Shown: positions 1 to 8,826 of the stretch, in pieces
Position numbering within the stretch: the first letter of the stretch is position 1
How the letters are laid out: every line of letters begins with the position of its first letter
Assembly (NCBI GenBank): GCA_047651235.1
Contig: CP178758.1
Location: forward strand, 1,620,001 to 1,652,000
Source: Candidatus Electrothrix yaqonensis
Lineage (GTDB): Bacteria; Desulfobacterota; Desulfobulbia; Desulfobulbales; Desulfobulbaceae
Direction of reading: 5' to 3'
Length of the DNA stretch: 32,000 nucleotides
Notes under the pieces: generated by a model
The model's input: the letters and a program-made list of their open reading frames with translations, nothing else
Databases searched by the model: none
What the model was told of the DNA's origin: nothing
Position numbers and translations under genes: made by a program

Positions 1-575
1 GGAACGCTGTAACTTACGGCGTCAATAACTTCTTTCATCTTGCCGGACCGGAAGAACAGGAAGACCTTGAACGGGAATACGGATACATCAAAGTACAGCA
101 GACCTATGATCTCCGCAGTGAAACAGATGAAGAGCCTCTGTCGCCGATTCAGTTCCGTCTTGCCTGGAACCCCCTGACAGCACTGAACTTCAAGTACTCG
201 ACAGATCTTAATGTATATGATGACGGTTTCACCCATCATACCCTTGAAGGGGATTACTGGAACAGCCGGGGCGATCTGTTGTCCATAGATTACCTCTTTA
301 ACGCCGCTCCGACTGAAGAGGCAGAAGATACCAGTTCAATCAGACTTATCACCAGGGTAGGACTGCTCTATAATATTGCGGTCGGTTATTCGCTGGAACA
401 GTCCATTGAAGACTCAGTCACCATTTCCGAAAAGATCAATCTGATCTACAGTCCGTCCTGCTGGTCTGTTGAACTGGCTGCTGATGTTACCCCGGATAAC
501 GAGCAGATCATGGTGATGTTCAAACTGGCCAACATCGGCGCTCCCTTTGGTATCGATCTGATGCCCGGTAACTGA
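1..575 (+). CDS. lptD: 3' end of a large outer-membrane beta-barrel protein, LptD (LPS-assembly/OstA)-like; the 5' end lies outside the window
   Basis: Frame 3 is open from base 3 to the stop at 573-575. The ORF track only lists the part after an internal TTG at 279. The translation shows an alternating beta-strand pattern rich in aromatics. The C-terminal ...YSPSCWSVELAADV...MVMFKLANIG... resembles the last strands of LptD proteins (recall, not searched). Confidence 0.45.
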   Translation, partial: NAVTYGVNNFFHLAGPEEQEDLEREYGYIKVQQTYDLRSETDEEPLSPIQFRLAWNPLTALNFKYSTDLNVYDDGFTHHTLEGDYWNSRGDLLSIDYLFNAAPTEEAEDTSSIRLITRVGLLYNIAVGYSLEQSIEDSVTISEKINLIYSPSCWSVELAADVTPDNEQIMVMFKLANIGAPFGIDLMPGN

Positions 576-644
576 TTCATTTTTCTGCACACGGGACTGT
601 CAGGGGTGCTTAACGAACATAGTAATGATAGTAATGGACAGAGA

Positions 645-1619
645 ATGAAGTATATTGATGTATTTAATGGCGATGCCGACGGCATCTGCGCCCTGCATCA
701 GCTCAGGCTGCATGAACCCTGCCCGGAGGCACGACTTGTCAGCGGGGTCAAACGGGATATTGCCCTGCTGCAACAGATTGAGGATGTCCGCAGCAGGACG
801 GTGACTGTGCTGGACATCTCCCTTGACCGGAACCGGGAGAGTCTGGAAAAACTGCTGGCAGGCGGAAATACAGTTTTTTATGCGGATCACCATTATGCTG
901 GTGCAGTGCCGGATGCTGACCTGCTGACTGCGCATATTGATCCGGAACCGCTGATCTGCACCGCTCTGATCATCAACCGGCTGCTTGAGGGGAAATATCC
1001 CCTGTGGGCGATAGCCGGTGCGTTCGGCGATAATCTTGATGAATCCGCTCTGCAGCTTGCAAACCAGTCAGGACTTGCTCAGGAGGCAATCGACCGGCTC
1101 AGGGAGATCGGTATTCTGCTCAACTATAACGGCTACGGGGCAACCCTTGAAGATCTGTTTTTTCATCCGGCAGAACTGTTCCGGCAGGTACAGCCCTACA
1201 CGGATCCACTGGAATTTTATGCCGATTCTCCGGCAATGCAGACCCTGCAGCGGGGATATCAGGAGGATATGGAGCAGGCCATGTCCTTTACACCTGTGCA
1301 TCAGGATGAAGCGGGCCGCATCTATCAGCTTCCTGCTGCAGCTTGGGCGCGCCGGGTGGCCGGGGTATACTCTAATACTTTGGCCCGCCAGCAACCTGAC
1401 TTTGCCCATGCCCTGCTGACCGAAAATAAGGACGGGACGCTGCGGATCAGCGTGCGTGCCCCTCTGCACAACCGGCACGGGGCAGATACCCTGTGCCGGC
1501 AGTTTCCGACCGGCGGCGGCAGGGCTGCTGCAGCCGGAATCAATGCTCTGCCTGCCGGGGAACTCGACGAATTCATCAGAGCTTTCAGCAGACAGTTCGG
1601 GCCGTCCTCTCCCGCATAA
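645..1619 (+). CDS. DHH/DHHA1-family phosphoesterase
   Basis: MKYIDVFNGDADGICAL is an N-terminal DHH-type Asp cluster. ADHH is present, and the C-terminal FPTGGGRAAAAGI matches the DHHA1 GGGH/AAG motif. ATG at 645 is preferred over the upstream GTG at 606. Confidence 0.7.
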   Translation: MKYIDVFNGDADGICALHQLRLHEPCPEARLVSGVKRDIALLQQIEDVRSRTVTVLDISLDRNRESLEKLLAGGNTVFYADHHYAGAVPDADLLTAHIDPEPLICTALIINRLLEGKYPLWAIAGAFGDNLDESALQLANQSGLAQEAIDRLREIGILLNYNGYGATLEDLFFHPAELFRQVQPYTDPLEFYADSPAMQTLQRGYQEDMEQAMSFTPVHQDEAGRIYQLPAAAWARRVAGVYSNTLARQQPDFAHALLTENKDGTLRISVRAPLHNRHGADTLCRQFPTGGGRAAAAGINALPAGELDEFIRAFSRQFGPSSPA

Positions 1620-1645
1620 CCCAATCCATCCAGTCAAACTTTTTT

Positions 1646-2704
1646 ATGTATTCACTGCCTCGGCGAATTTGTTATATTCATCTTTATCTTATCCTCCCTG
1701 TCTTCCTGTTGTCTGTTCTGCCTGCAGCAGTCCAGGCAAAACCGGTACCGGCCATCATTGTTGAAGACAAACAGCCGATCAATCTGGAGCAGAAAAAATA
1801 TAGAGAACTGTTTCAGGAGCTGGAAAAGGACCATCAATTCTCCCCGGAACAACTGCATCAGACATTTCAGGGGGTGAAAATATCCAAACGGGTTCTTGAG
1901 CTTATGGATAAGCAATGGAAACCCAGACCGTATTACGAGTATTTTCCTCTTTTCCTGACCCGGAAAACCATTCTTACCGGCAAAATCAAAATCAAACTCT
2001 ACAAAAAATTGCTTGACCGGATAGAAGAGAAATTCGGGGTGGACCGGGAGGTTGTGGTCGCTATCTGGGGCATAGAAACCCGCTACGGTGCCAATCAGGG
2101 CGACTTCAACATCCTCCGTACTCTGAATACCCTGTTTGACGCCTACCCAAGACGGTCAGCCTTTTTCCGCAAAGAGCTGATCCATTTTTTGGTCCTCTGC
2201 CGGGAGCACGGTATTGATCCGAAAACCGCCTTGGGATCCTACGCCGGAGCCTTCGGTCAGGCCCAGTTCATGCCCTCTTCTTTCCGGAAATATGCGGTGA
2301 GCTTTGACGGCAACGAACAGTGCGATCTCTGGAATTCCGTCCCTGATGCCCTGGCCTCCATTGCCCATTATATCAAACTGCACGGCTGGGTTCAGGATGC
2401 TCCGGTCTATGCTGAGCTGGGCAATACCCTGAAGGACAAACGGCTGATCGCAGCCATGGAAGAAGGCAGGGAGGGCCGTGTGCCTTGGGAACTTGTCCGG
2501 CAGGTGCAGAAACCGGATATCCCACCCTCACCGGGCGGCCTGCCCCTCTCCATTATCCGTCTGCAGCTTGACCCGAAAAAAGCAGCGCATGAGTTCCGCT
2601 ATGTAGCTGGGTATCCGAACTTTCACGCCATCACCGAATACAATCATTCAACCTTTTACGGCATGGCAGTCAGTGAACTGGCAGAAAAACTGGCCGGAGA
2701 ATAA
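1646..2704 (+). CDS. mltB: lytic murein transglycosylase, MltB family (GH103)
   Basis: AIWGIETRYG and GSYAGAFGQAQFMPSSF are signature motifs of lytic transglycosylase B. ATG at 1646 gives a signal peptide (LILPVFLLSVLPAAVQA). The longer ORF from 1493 would overlap the preceding gene. Confidence 0.8.
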   Translation: MYSLPRRICYIHLYLILPVFLLSVLPAAVQAKPVPAIIVEDKQPINLEQKKYRELFQELEKDHQFSPEQLHQTFQGVKISKRVLELMDKQWKPRPYYEYFPLFLTRKTILTGKIKIKLYKKLLDRIEEKFGVDREVVVAIWGIETRYGANQGDFNILRTLNTLFDAYPRRSAFFRKELIHFLVLCREHGIDPKTALGSYAGAFGQAQFMPSSFRKYAVSFDGNEQCDLWNSVPDALASIAHYIKLHGWVQDAPVYAELGNTLKDKRLIAAMEEGREGRVPWELVRQVQKPDIPPSPGGLPLSIIRLQLDPKKAAHEFRYVAGYPNFHAITEYNHSTFYGMAVSELAEKLAGE

Positions 2705-2713
2705 GAACAGAAC

Positions 2714-3454
2714 ATGGATTCCGTACAGACCAACCGATTCTATATATTGCCCTGCACGTTGACCTGCGCCAGCCTGTTCAGCGGCTTCTATTCTATGGTT
2801 GCCTCCATCAACGGTGATTTTTATCCGGCTGCGGTGGCCATTATCATAGCCGGAGTCTTTGACGGACTGGACGGCAGGGTTGCCCGCCTGACAGGTTCCA
2901 CTTCGGGTTTCGGTATGCAACTGGACTCCCTCTGCGATATGGTGTCGTTCGGGGTTGCTCCGGCCCTGCTCGCCTATCTGTGGGCCCTGATTCCCTACGG
3001 GCGTTACGGCTGGCTGGCCGCTTTTCTGTATGTGGCAACCACTGCCCTGCGGCTGGCCCGCTTTAATTCCATGGCCGAAGAAGAGGAAAAAACAGAGAAG
3101 AAAACACACGATTTTGTCGGCCTGCCCTGCCCGGCAGCTGCCGGAGCTATTGCCGCTACGGTCATGTTCTGCCGCTATCTGGGAGCCACGGATACAGTCC
3201 GGCATTTTTCCATCCTGCTGCTGGTTTACCTGCTTTCCTACCTGATGATTTCAACGCACCGTTACCTGAGTTTCAAAAAAGTAAGGATCCCACGAGAAAA
3301 ACGGTTTCAGGCCGTTGTTGGCATTATTCTCGGCATGATCGTGCTGGCTACGGAACCGCCTGTGATTCTTTTTGCCATTGCCTTCTGTTATGTTCTGTCC
3401 GGGCCGCTGATAGGTCTGTATGCCCGCCGTTCCCGGAAAGAGAACTGCTCCTGA
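2714..3454 (+). CDS. pssA: CDP-diacylglycerol--serine O-phosphatidyltransferase (CDP-alcohol phosphatidyltransferase family)
   Basis: The CDP-alcohol motif DGLDGRVARLTGSTSGFGMQLDSLCDMVSFG is present. The protein is polytopic membrane and about 246 aa, typical of type II PssA. Confidence 0.8.
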   Translation: MDSVQTNRFYILPCTLTCASLFSGFYSMVASINGDFYPAAVAIIIAGVFDGLDGRVARLTGSTSGFGMQLDSLCDMVSFGVAPALLAYLWALIPYGRYGWLAAFLYVATTALRLARFNSMAEEEEKTEKKTHDFVGLPCPAAAGAIAATVMFCRYLGATDTVRHFSILLLVYLLSYLMISTHRYLSFKKVRIPREKRFQAVVGIILGMIVLATEPPVILFAIAFCYVLSGPLIGLYARRSRKENCS

Positions 3455-3482
3455 TTTCTTCTTTTCTCCAACAGGAAAAAAC

Positions 3483-4085
3483 ATGCGGGTGACTGGCGGT
3501 TCTGCCAAAGGGCATAAACTGCTCTCGCCGAAATCCGGTTGCCGGTTTATCCGTCCTACCGGTGACCGGGTGCGTGAGGCCCTGTTCAACATGCTGGCTG
3601 AGGAAATTCCCGACAGCCTTGTTCTTGATCTCTACGCCGGTACCGGAGCGCTCGGTATTGAGGCGCTGAGCCGGGGCGCGGAAGCTGTGGTATTTATCGA
3701 CCGGTCCAAACAGGCCCTTGAACTGATTCACCGCAATGTCAGGGCCTGTTTTCCTGCGGCCAAGGCATCTCTGGTGCAGCTGGACCTCTCTCGATCGGAC
3801 AGCATGGACCAGCTGCAGAAAAAGATTCCCCTGCAGTTTGACCTTATTCTTCTTGACCCGCCTTATGAAAAAAAACTGGCAGACAGTACCCTGCAGATGG
3901 TAGAAAGGGGAACTGTTCTCAAAACCGACGGGCTGGTCGCAGCAGAAGAACGGAAAAGCGAGCAGCTCGCTGCACAATACGGCACATTGACTTTAATACG
4001 CAGCCGGAAATACGGAGAAACCGGAATCTGGCTGTATCGCAACCTGATTCCCGCAGAAACTGATCAGATAGAAGCGGAACAATAA
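3483..4085 (+). CDS. rsmD: 16S rRNA (guanine966-N2)-methyltransferase RsmD
   Basis: MRVTGGSAKGHKL...RPTGDRVREALFNML, the SAM motif LDLYAGTGALGIEALSRGA and the DPPY motif are all present. It lies directly upstream of coaD, a conserved pairing. Confidence 0.85.
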   Translation: MRVTGGSAKGHKLLSPKSGCRFIRPTGDRVREALFNMLAEEIPDSLVLDLYAGTGALGIEALSRGAEAVVFIDRSKQALELIHRNVRACFPAAKASLVQLDLSRSDSMDQLQKKIPLQFDLILLDPPYEKKLADSTLQMVERGTVLKTDGLVAAEERKSEQLAAQYGTLTLIRSRKYGETGIWLYRNLIPAETDQIEAEQ

Positions 4086-4109
4086 CCCGGAACAAGACGC
4101 AGTAACTGT

Positions 4110-4637
4110 ATGTCCCCCCAACCTTCTTTGCCCCCGGAACCTTCCCGGCACGATACCCCAAGAATCGTGGTCTATCCGGGCACCTTTGACCCGATCACCA
4201 ACGGACATGTGGATATTGTCAAACGCTCCATGACCATGTTTGATCAGGTGATTGTTGCCCTTGCCGTCAATGCCGGAAAGACCCCGCTGTTCAGTCTGGA
4301 GGAACGGATTGAGCTGGTGCAGCGATGCTTTACCGCCAACAGCACGGTGAACGTGGATACGACTGACGGGTTGGTGGTCGATTATGCTGTTGCGAAAAAT
4401 GCCTGTGCAATTATCCGGGGGATGCGGGCGGTTTCCGATTTTGACTATGAATTTCAGCTCGCCCTGATGAACCGGAAACTTGAACGGAACGTACAGACGG
4501 TCTTTCTGATGACCGGGTTCCGCTGGATCTACATCAGCTCTTCCATTATTAAGGACGCGGCCCGACACGGCGCTGATGTCAGCGGGATGGTGCCCGCTCA
4601 TGTTCAGGCTGCCCTGAAAGAGAAATTCAGCAGCTGA
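4110..4637 (+). CDS. coaD: phosphopantetheine adenylyltransferase
   Basis: VYPGTFDPITNGHVDIV (the T/HxGH nucleotidyltransferase motif) and ISSSIIKD are present. The protein carries about 20 aa of Pro-rich N-terminal extension. Confidence 0.9.
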   Translation: MSPQPSLPPEPSRHDTPRIVVYPGTFDPITNGHVDIVKRSMTMFDQVIVALAVNAGKTPLFSLEERIELVQRCFTANSTVNVDTTDGLVVDYAVAKNACAIIRGMRAVSDFDYEFQLALMNRKLERNVQTVFLMTGFRWIYISSSIIKDAARHGADVSGMVPAHVQAALKEKFSS

Positions 4638-4662
4638 ATCGCGGGCTGACCGGGAAAGTTGA

Positions 4663-5103
4663 GTGCGTATGGCGGAACACAACTCTGCAGAAGAACAGCG
4701 TCGCGGGTTTCTTACCGGGCTGCTCAGGTGGACAGGGGCATTGACAGGGATCACCCTGCTTTATCCTCTGTCTCGTTTTTCCCGGTTTACTGTCCGGCCG
4801 AAGCCGCAGTATATCAGGGTGGCGGCACCGCTGCCGGTCAGCGGCTTTCACGCTGAACACGATTTCATCCTCTTTGCCCGCAGCGATAAGGCCTGGGCTG
4901 TTTCCAGAACCTGCACCCATCTGGGCTGTCGGGTGAACTTCCTGGAAGACCGGCAGCTCATCGAATGCCCCTGTCATCAGAGCAGGTTTACCGAGGAAGG
5001 CAGGTTGATCAACGGACCGGCCGGGAAAGACCTGCCCGTTTTTCCGGTGGAGGTGGAAAAAGATGCAGCCGGAGCAGTCACCGGTTATGTGGTTACGGTC
5101 TGA
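4663..5103 (+). CDS. Rieske [2Fe-2S] protein with Tat-type signal
   Basis: Twin-arginine QRRGFLTGLL is present, with Rieske box I CTHLGC and box II CPCHQSRF. The start is ambiguous (GTG 4663 or ATG 4669). The stop overlaps the next start (ATGA). Confidence 0.85.
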   Translation: MRMAEHNSAEEQRRGFLTGLLRWTGALTGITLLYPLSRFSRFTVRPKPQYIRVAAPLPVSGFHAEHDFILFARSDKAWAVSRTCTHLGCRVNFLEDRQLIECPCHQSRFTEEGRLINGPAGKDLPVFPVEVEKDAAGAVTGYVVTV

Positions 5104-5990
5104 TGGCTGAGGAAGGGCGAGAAAAGCGGAAAAGTTGGCCGGCCTGGCTGTATTCTGCGCATTCTTCTGTACATTCGGTGCGCTGGGGCGGCCACGCCCT
5201 GATCAGCCTGTACATTTCCGTGCTCTCCGGCCTGATTATCGGACTGCAGTACAACGCAGCCGAGCCCTTTTATTCCACAGCAACTATTGAACTGGTCATC
5301 CCCTTCGGCTCGTTCTGGCGCTCGCTGCATTACTGGTCCAGTCAGGCCTTTCTCCTGCTTCTGCTGGTCCATCTTGGCATCATTATCTGGCGCAACAAAG
5401 TTCCCTTTACTCGCTCCGCCTGGCTGCGGCTCAATGCGGCTCTGCCGGTTACCCTCTTTCTCCTCTTTACCGGCTACATCCTGCGGGGAGACGCCACCGG
5501 CGAGGCAGCCGGGGCCATTGCCGAGAATATCACCCGCTCAATTCCCCTGTTCGGTGCGCCCCTGAACAAGGTGCTCTTTGACGGCAGCGCAAAGGGTGTA
5601 CAGAAAGTCTACCTTAATCATCTGAGCGGCCTGATGATCTTGGGCGGAATCTGTGTCTGGCCCCATCTCCGGCGTTATACTGCCCTGTGGAGGAATCACT
5701 TCCCGCTCACCCTGCTTCTCCTTGTTCTTGCTCTTATCCTGAAAACACCGCTTGAGCATGACCATTTCGGCCTGCTCCATATTGCCGGGCCCTGGTTCTT
5801 TCTCGGCCTGCAGGAGCTTCTCCGCTATCTCCCGGTGTTCTGGGCCGGGATTGCTGCACCGGCCATACCTGTCGCCATTCTGCTGCTCCTGCCTGCGGAA
5901 GGCCGACCGCGCCGCATGGCTCTATGGGGAATGGGCATCTGGCTGGTCGGCTATGCCCTGTTCAGCATAATCGGTTGGCAGCGGGGCTAA
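5103..5990 (+). CDS. cytochrome b (di-haem, bc/b6-type) membrane subunit
   Basis: The helix-B pair is RSLHYWSSQAFLLLLLVH (13 residues between the His). The helix-D pair is NHLSGLMILGGICVWPH (14 residues between, b6-like). There are about 7-8 TM helices. ATG at 5103 overlaps the Rieske stop. The 4965 start in the track lies inside the Rieske gene. Confidence 0.8.
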   Translation: MAEEGREKRKSWPAWLYSAHSSVHSVRWGGHALISLYISVLSGLIIGLQYNAAEPFYSTATIELVIPFGSFWRSLHYWSSQAFLLLLLVHLGIIIWRNKVPFTRSAWLRLNAALPVTLFLLFTGYILRGDATGEAAGAIAENITRSIPLFGAPLNKVLFDGSAKGVQKVYLNHLSGLMILGGICVWPHLRRYTALWRNHFPLTLLLLVLALILKTPLEHDHFGLLHIAGPWFFLGLQELLRYLPVFWAGIAAPAIPVAILLLLPAEGRPRRMALWGMGIWLVGYALFSIIGWQRG

Positions 5991-6034
5991 TCCCGACATT
6001 GACCTGACTCTGTCTGGGCTACGCCCGGACCGCC

Positions 6035-6601
6035 TTATTCCTTCACTCTGGTGATGTATTCCCCGGAGCGGGTATCGATCTGAAGTTTATCGCCTTCATT
6101 GATGAACGGTGGCACCTGCAGCTGAAATCCTGTTTCCACTGTCACCGGTTTGGTATCCGTGCCGGAAGTATCTCCTTTTACCCAGGGATCGGCACGGGTG
6201 ACTTCCAAGTCCACAAAGGTGGGCAGGCTGATATCAATAGGCCGGTCTCCGCCGAAAAAGAGCACCTGCACCTCCATATTGTCCTTAAGGAAGTTGATAT
6301 TGTCGCCGAGCTGCTCCCGGGTAAGAAAAATCTGCTCGTAGCTGGTCGTATCCATAAAATGAAACTCGTCATCCTGGGAATACAGGTACTGCATGGTGCG
6401 TTCCTCCAGATCCGGTTTCTCAAACTTGTCATTGGACCGGTAGGTCTGGGTGAACTGGTTGCCGGAGATCATGCTCCGCATCTTGGTGCGGTACAGGGCC
6501 TGTCCTTTGCCCGGTTTGGAGAATTCAAACTCCGTCACAATATATGGGTCACCGTCAATCTGAATTTTCAATCCTTTGCGCAGATCTGATGCTGAGTACA
6601 T
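6035..6601 (-). CDS. efp: translation elongation factor P
   Basis: MYSASDLRKGLKIQIDGDPYIVTEFEFSKPGKGQALYRTKMRS contains the KPGKG loop, and the 188-aa length fits. The start at the internal ATG (6601) matches the canonical EF-P N-terminus. Confidence 0.9.
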   Translation of the reverse strand: MYSASDLRKGLKIQIDGDPYIVTEFEFSKPGKGQALYRTKMRSMISGNQFTQTYRSNDKFEKPDLEERTMQYLYSQDDEFHFMDTTSYEQIFLTREQLGDNINFLKDNMEVQVLFFGGDRPIDISLPTFVDLEVTRADPWVKGDTSGTDTKPVTVETGFQLQVPPFINEGDKLQIDTRSGEYITRVKE

Positions 6602-6697
6602 AGTTTTTCTATCCTGATAAAAAAGAATCTGTTGATTAAAATACCGTTCCAATGGTACGGGATTGCCCTGTTTTTTGCAACCTTTCCCTTTCTTTTC

Positions 6698-6726
6698 TTG
6701 TCAAGAGACAGCAACTCTTTTACACT
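6698..6726 (+). promoter_or_regulatory. candidate sigma70 promoter for the phosphoesterase gene
   Basis: TTGTCA (6698-6703), a 17-nt spacer and TACACT (6721-6726), about 100 nt upstream of ATG 6830. Confidence 0.3.
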
Positions 6727-6829
6727 GAACGTTTCGCACTGCCCCGCCGGAAAGCTCAGCCCGGCATTGCTTTGTCAGGATATTTACGCACCATATGCAC
6801 CAGAAAATCACAAACAGAATGTAATCGTT

Positions 6830-7321
6830 ATGATCAAGGCAGGCATACTTTCAGATACCCATCTTACCTCGCTGACCCGCGACTTCCTCCGGCTGACCGA
6901 ACAGTGCTTTGCCGACTGCGATGTGATTATTCATGCCGGAGACCTCGTTGATATCTCGGTGCTGGACGCCTTTCCGGGAAAGACCGTGTATGCAGTGCAC
7001 GGCAACTGCTGCGGCAGACAGGCCCGGACTGACCTGCCCCGACAGCGGACCTTTCAGTTGGGGGAATTCACTATCGGGGTGGCGCACGGCAACGGACTGG
7101 GCTATGATATCGAATCAGCCCTCTGGGATCTGTTTCCGGAGGCAGACTGCATGATCTACGGCCATACGCATAATCCGGTCTGTCACCGGGTGGCCGGAAA
7201 GCTGATCATCAATCCGGGTGCCTTCCAGAACGTGAGCAGATACGGGGTGCCCTGCACCTATGCCGTTCTTGAGGTCGGGGAGCAGCTGCAGGCAGCCCTC
7301 CATGAGGCGCCACTGCGGTGA
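6830..7321 (+). CDS. YfcE/MJ0936-family metallophosphoesterase
   Basis: The calcineurin-like motifs ILSDTHL, HAGDLVD, VHGNC and GHTHNP are present. ATG at 6830 gives the usual N-terminus. The track ORF from 6632 adds an implausible leader. Confidence 0.8.
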   Translation: MIKAGILSDTHLTSLTRDFLRLTEQCFADCDVIIHAGDLVDISVLDAFPGKTVYAVHGNCCGRQARTDLPRQRTFQLGEFTIGVAHGNGLGYDIESALWDLFPEADCMIYGHTHNPVCHRVAGKLIINPGAFQNVSRYGVPCTYAVLEVGEQLQAALHEAPLR

Positions 7322-7409
7322 GGCGAGAAGCGCGGCCCTGATGGGCAGAATGTTTCCGGGTGGTTCACGAAACGCTGTTACACGATGACTTGATTGAAGT
7401 AATCAAGAA

Positions 7410-7643
7410 ATGACGAACGAAGAGCTGCTGAAGGTGATAAATGAGACCAAGGAAAGCGGGGTGACTGAACTTGATCTGAGCCGTAAGAGACTGACTGAGC
7501 TACCGCCTGAAATTGGCCAGCTCCTGGAATTCCGGCCAAAGCGCTTCATCAAGGTGGTCAGCGTACTTCAAATGTCTGTTGCGTTACATACTGCCCGTCA
7601 ATATAGACAGTGGCTGTCCAGAATCCGTGAGACTGTAGGCTGA
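7410..7643 (+). pseudogene. remnant of the N-terminus of a leucine-rich-repeat (Roco/LRR-type) protein
   Basis: MTNEELLKVINETKESGVTELDLSRKRLTELPPEIGQL is the typical start and first LRR of large LRR proteins. The LRR pattern stops at about 7530. The rest of the ORF is antisense to the convergent gene at 7558-8049. Confidence 0.5.
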
Positions 7644-8049
7644 AATCCTGACCGGTAACCAGACGCTTGAGGGGACTGTTTCTCCAGAGCTGCAGCCAGC
7701 TGTACAGCCGTTGTCGTGTAGCCGCTCTGTCGAGAGTGAATGAATATTCTGTCTGCCGTTCCAGATGACCGGACGGGTTTTCCCAGTCAACATACATGGT
7801 ATGCCTGCCCGGCTCCACTCCTTCCACCTCAAACACGTAATAGAACGTGTCATGCGGACTGAATATATACTGTTTTTCTGCAAACGGTTTTTTATTATAC
7901 ATGCCTGACCAGACTGCGGTTATTTCCGCACAGGCCTGGCTGCAGAGCAGGCATAAAAACAGCAGTGCCGCGACAGGAAACTTACTCCATTTTACGGCAT
8001 TGGCATAAAAAGAAATGACAGAAATGACGGGATTCTTCTCAGGGAGCAT
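7558..8049 (-). CDS. hypothetical secreted protein
   Basis: A hydrophobic signal-like segment (FPVAALLFLCLLCSQACA) is followed by a beta-rich domain. It lies 12 nt downstream of the lipoprotein gene on the same strand. Confidence 0.5.
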   Translation of the reverse strand: MLPEKNPVISVISFYANAVKWSKFPVAALLFLCLLCSQACAEITAVWSGMYNKKPFAEKQYIFSPHDTFYYVFEVEGVEPGRHTMYVDWENPSGHLERQTEYSFTLDRAATRQRLYSWLQLWRNSPLKRLVTGQDFSLQSHGFWTATVYIDGQYVTQQTFEVR

Positions 8050-8061
8050 TACCGGAGCATG

Positions 8062-8613
8062 TTATTCTACCGGGGTAAAAACCATTTCATGCCACTTTGC
8101 ATAGGCCCCGTGTTCTTTACCGCATGGAAAAACCTGATCGCCGGTAAACTTGATGATGTCATCCGTATTGACCTGAAATGTGCCGATATCGAGATAGGTG
8201 TTTCGGTCCGAGCATTCGTCGCCAGAACAATTGCAGACAAGTCGTCCTGTCGCATACGGATATCTGCCTGCCTTGACCGTTGTTCCGTTGATTGAAACCG
8301 AGTATGGTGGTGCACCGTCGTGCTCGGTCTGTGCTTTAACCTGAATCTGATATGTTGCGGATGCTCCGGAAAACGCGGTCTGACATGATCCGCTACCACT
8401 ATATGCCTTCAGGCCTAATGCTCCATCGCGGTTTGTCCAGTTTGAAGTACAGTCAAAGGAAAAAGCACTGATCCGAATCTCGGTCGGTGCCACTGTTCCG
8501 GCACCACTGCTGCTTGCCCCTTCCTGATCGTCATCGTCATCATCAAAGAGATCACAGGAGCAAAGAGTACATGCGATCAGAACGGATAAAACGATATAAA
8601 ATATTTTTTTCAT
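8062..8613 (-). CDS. hypothetical lipoprotein with poly-Asp linker and Cys-rich beta domain
   Basis: MKKIFYIVLSVLIACTLCSC is a lipobox-like signal, followed by DLFDDDDDDQEGASSSG and then a domain with several Cys. ATG at 8613 is preceded by GAGG. Confidence 0.6.
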   Translation of the reverse strand: MKKIFYIVLSVLIACTLCSCDLFDDDDDDQEGASSSGAGTVAPTEIRISAFSFDCTSNWTNRDGALGLKAYSGSGSCQTAFSGASATYQIQVKAQTEHDGAPPYSVSINGTTVKAGRYPYATGRLVCNCSGDECSDRNTYLDIGTFQVNTDDIIKFTGDQVFPCGKEHGAYAKWHEMVFTPVE

Positions 8614-8826
8614 GGAATTTGCCTCACTACATATATTGGTATATTGTGTTGGGCAGAACAGATTTCTGCTTCTCCGGCAGAATAATGACAAGAAAAGACT
8701 GATACAGAATGATAAGCTGTCCAAGTATACTGATGTAATCCAGCTTACCTCAGGAGGAAAAAGCTGTCAATACGTTCTTATTTTCAGATGCTTATCCTTA
8801 TGGACAATCCGCATGAATCCATCAGG

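Noticed and set aside
1493-1645. N-terminal extensions offered by the ORF track (mltB from 1493, cytochrome b from 4965, efp to 6652, phosphoesterase from 6632, TerB-like to 24001)
   Set aside because: The extensions overlap upstream genes or add non-homologous leaders. Internal ATGs give canonical N-termini, signal peptides or strong SD sequences.
3993-4754. A 253-aa minus-strand ORF, and likewise 26007-26735 (242 aa) and 3348-3977 (209 aa)
   Set aside because: They are antisense to coaD, phoH and rsmD respectively, all of which have diagnostic motifs.
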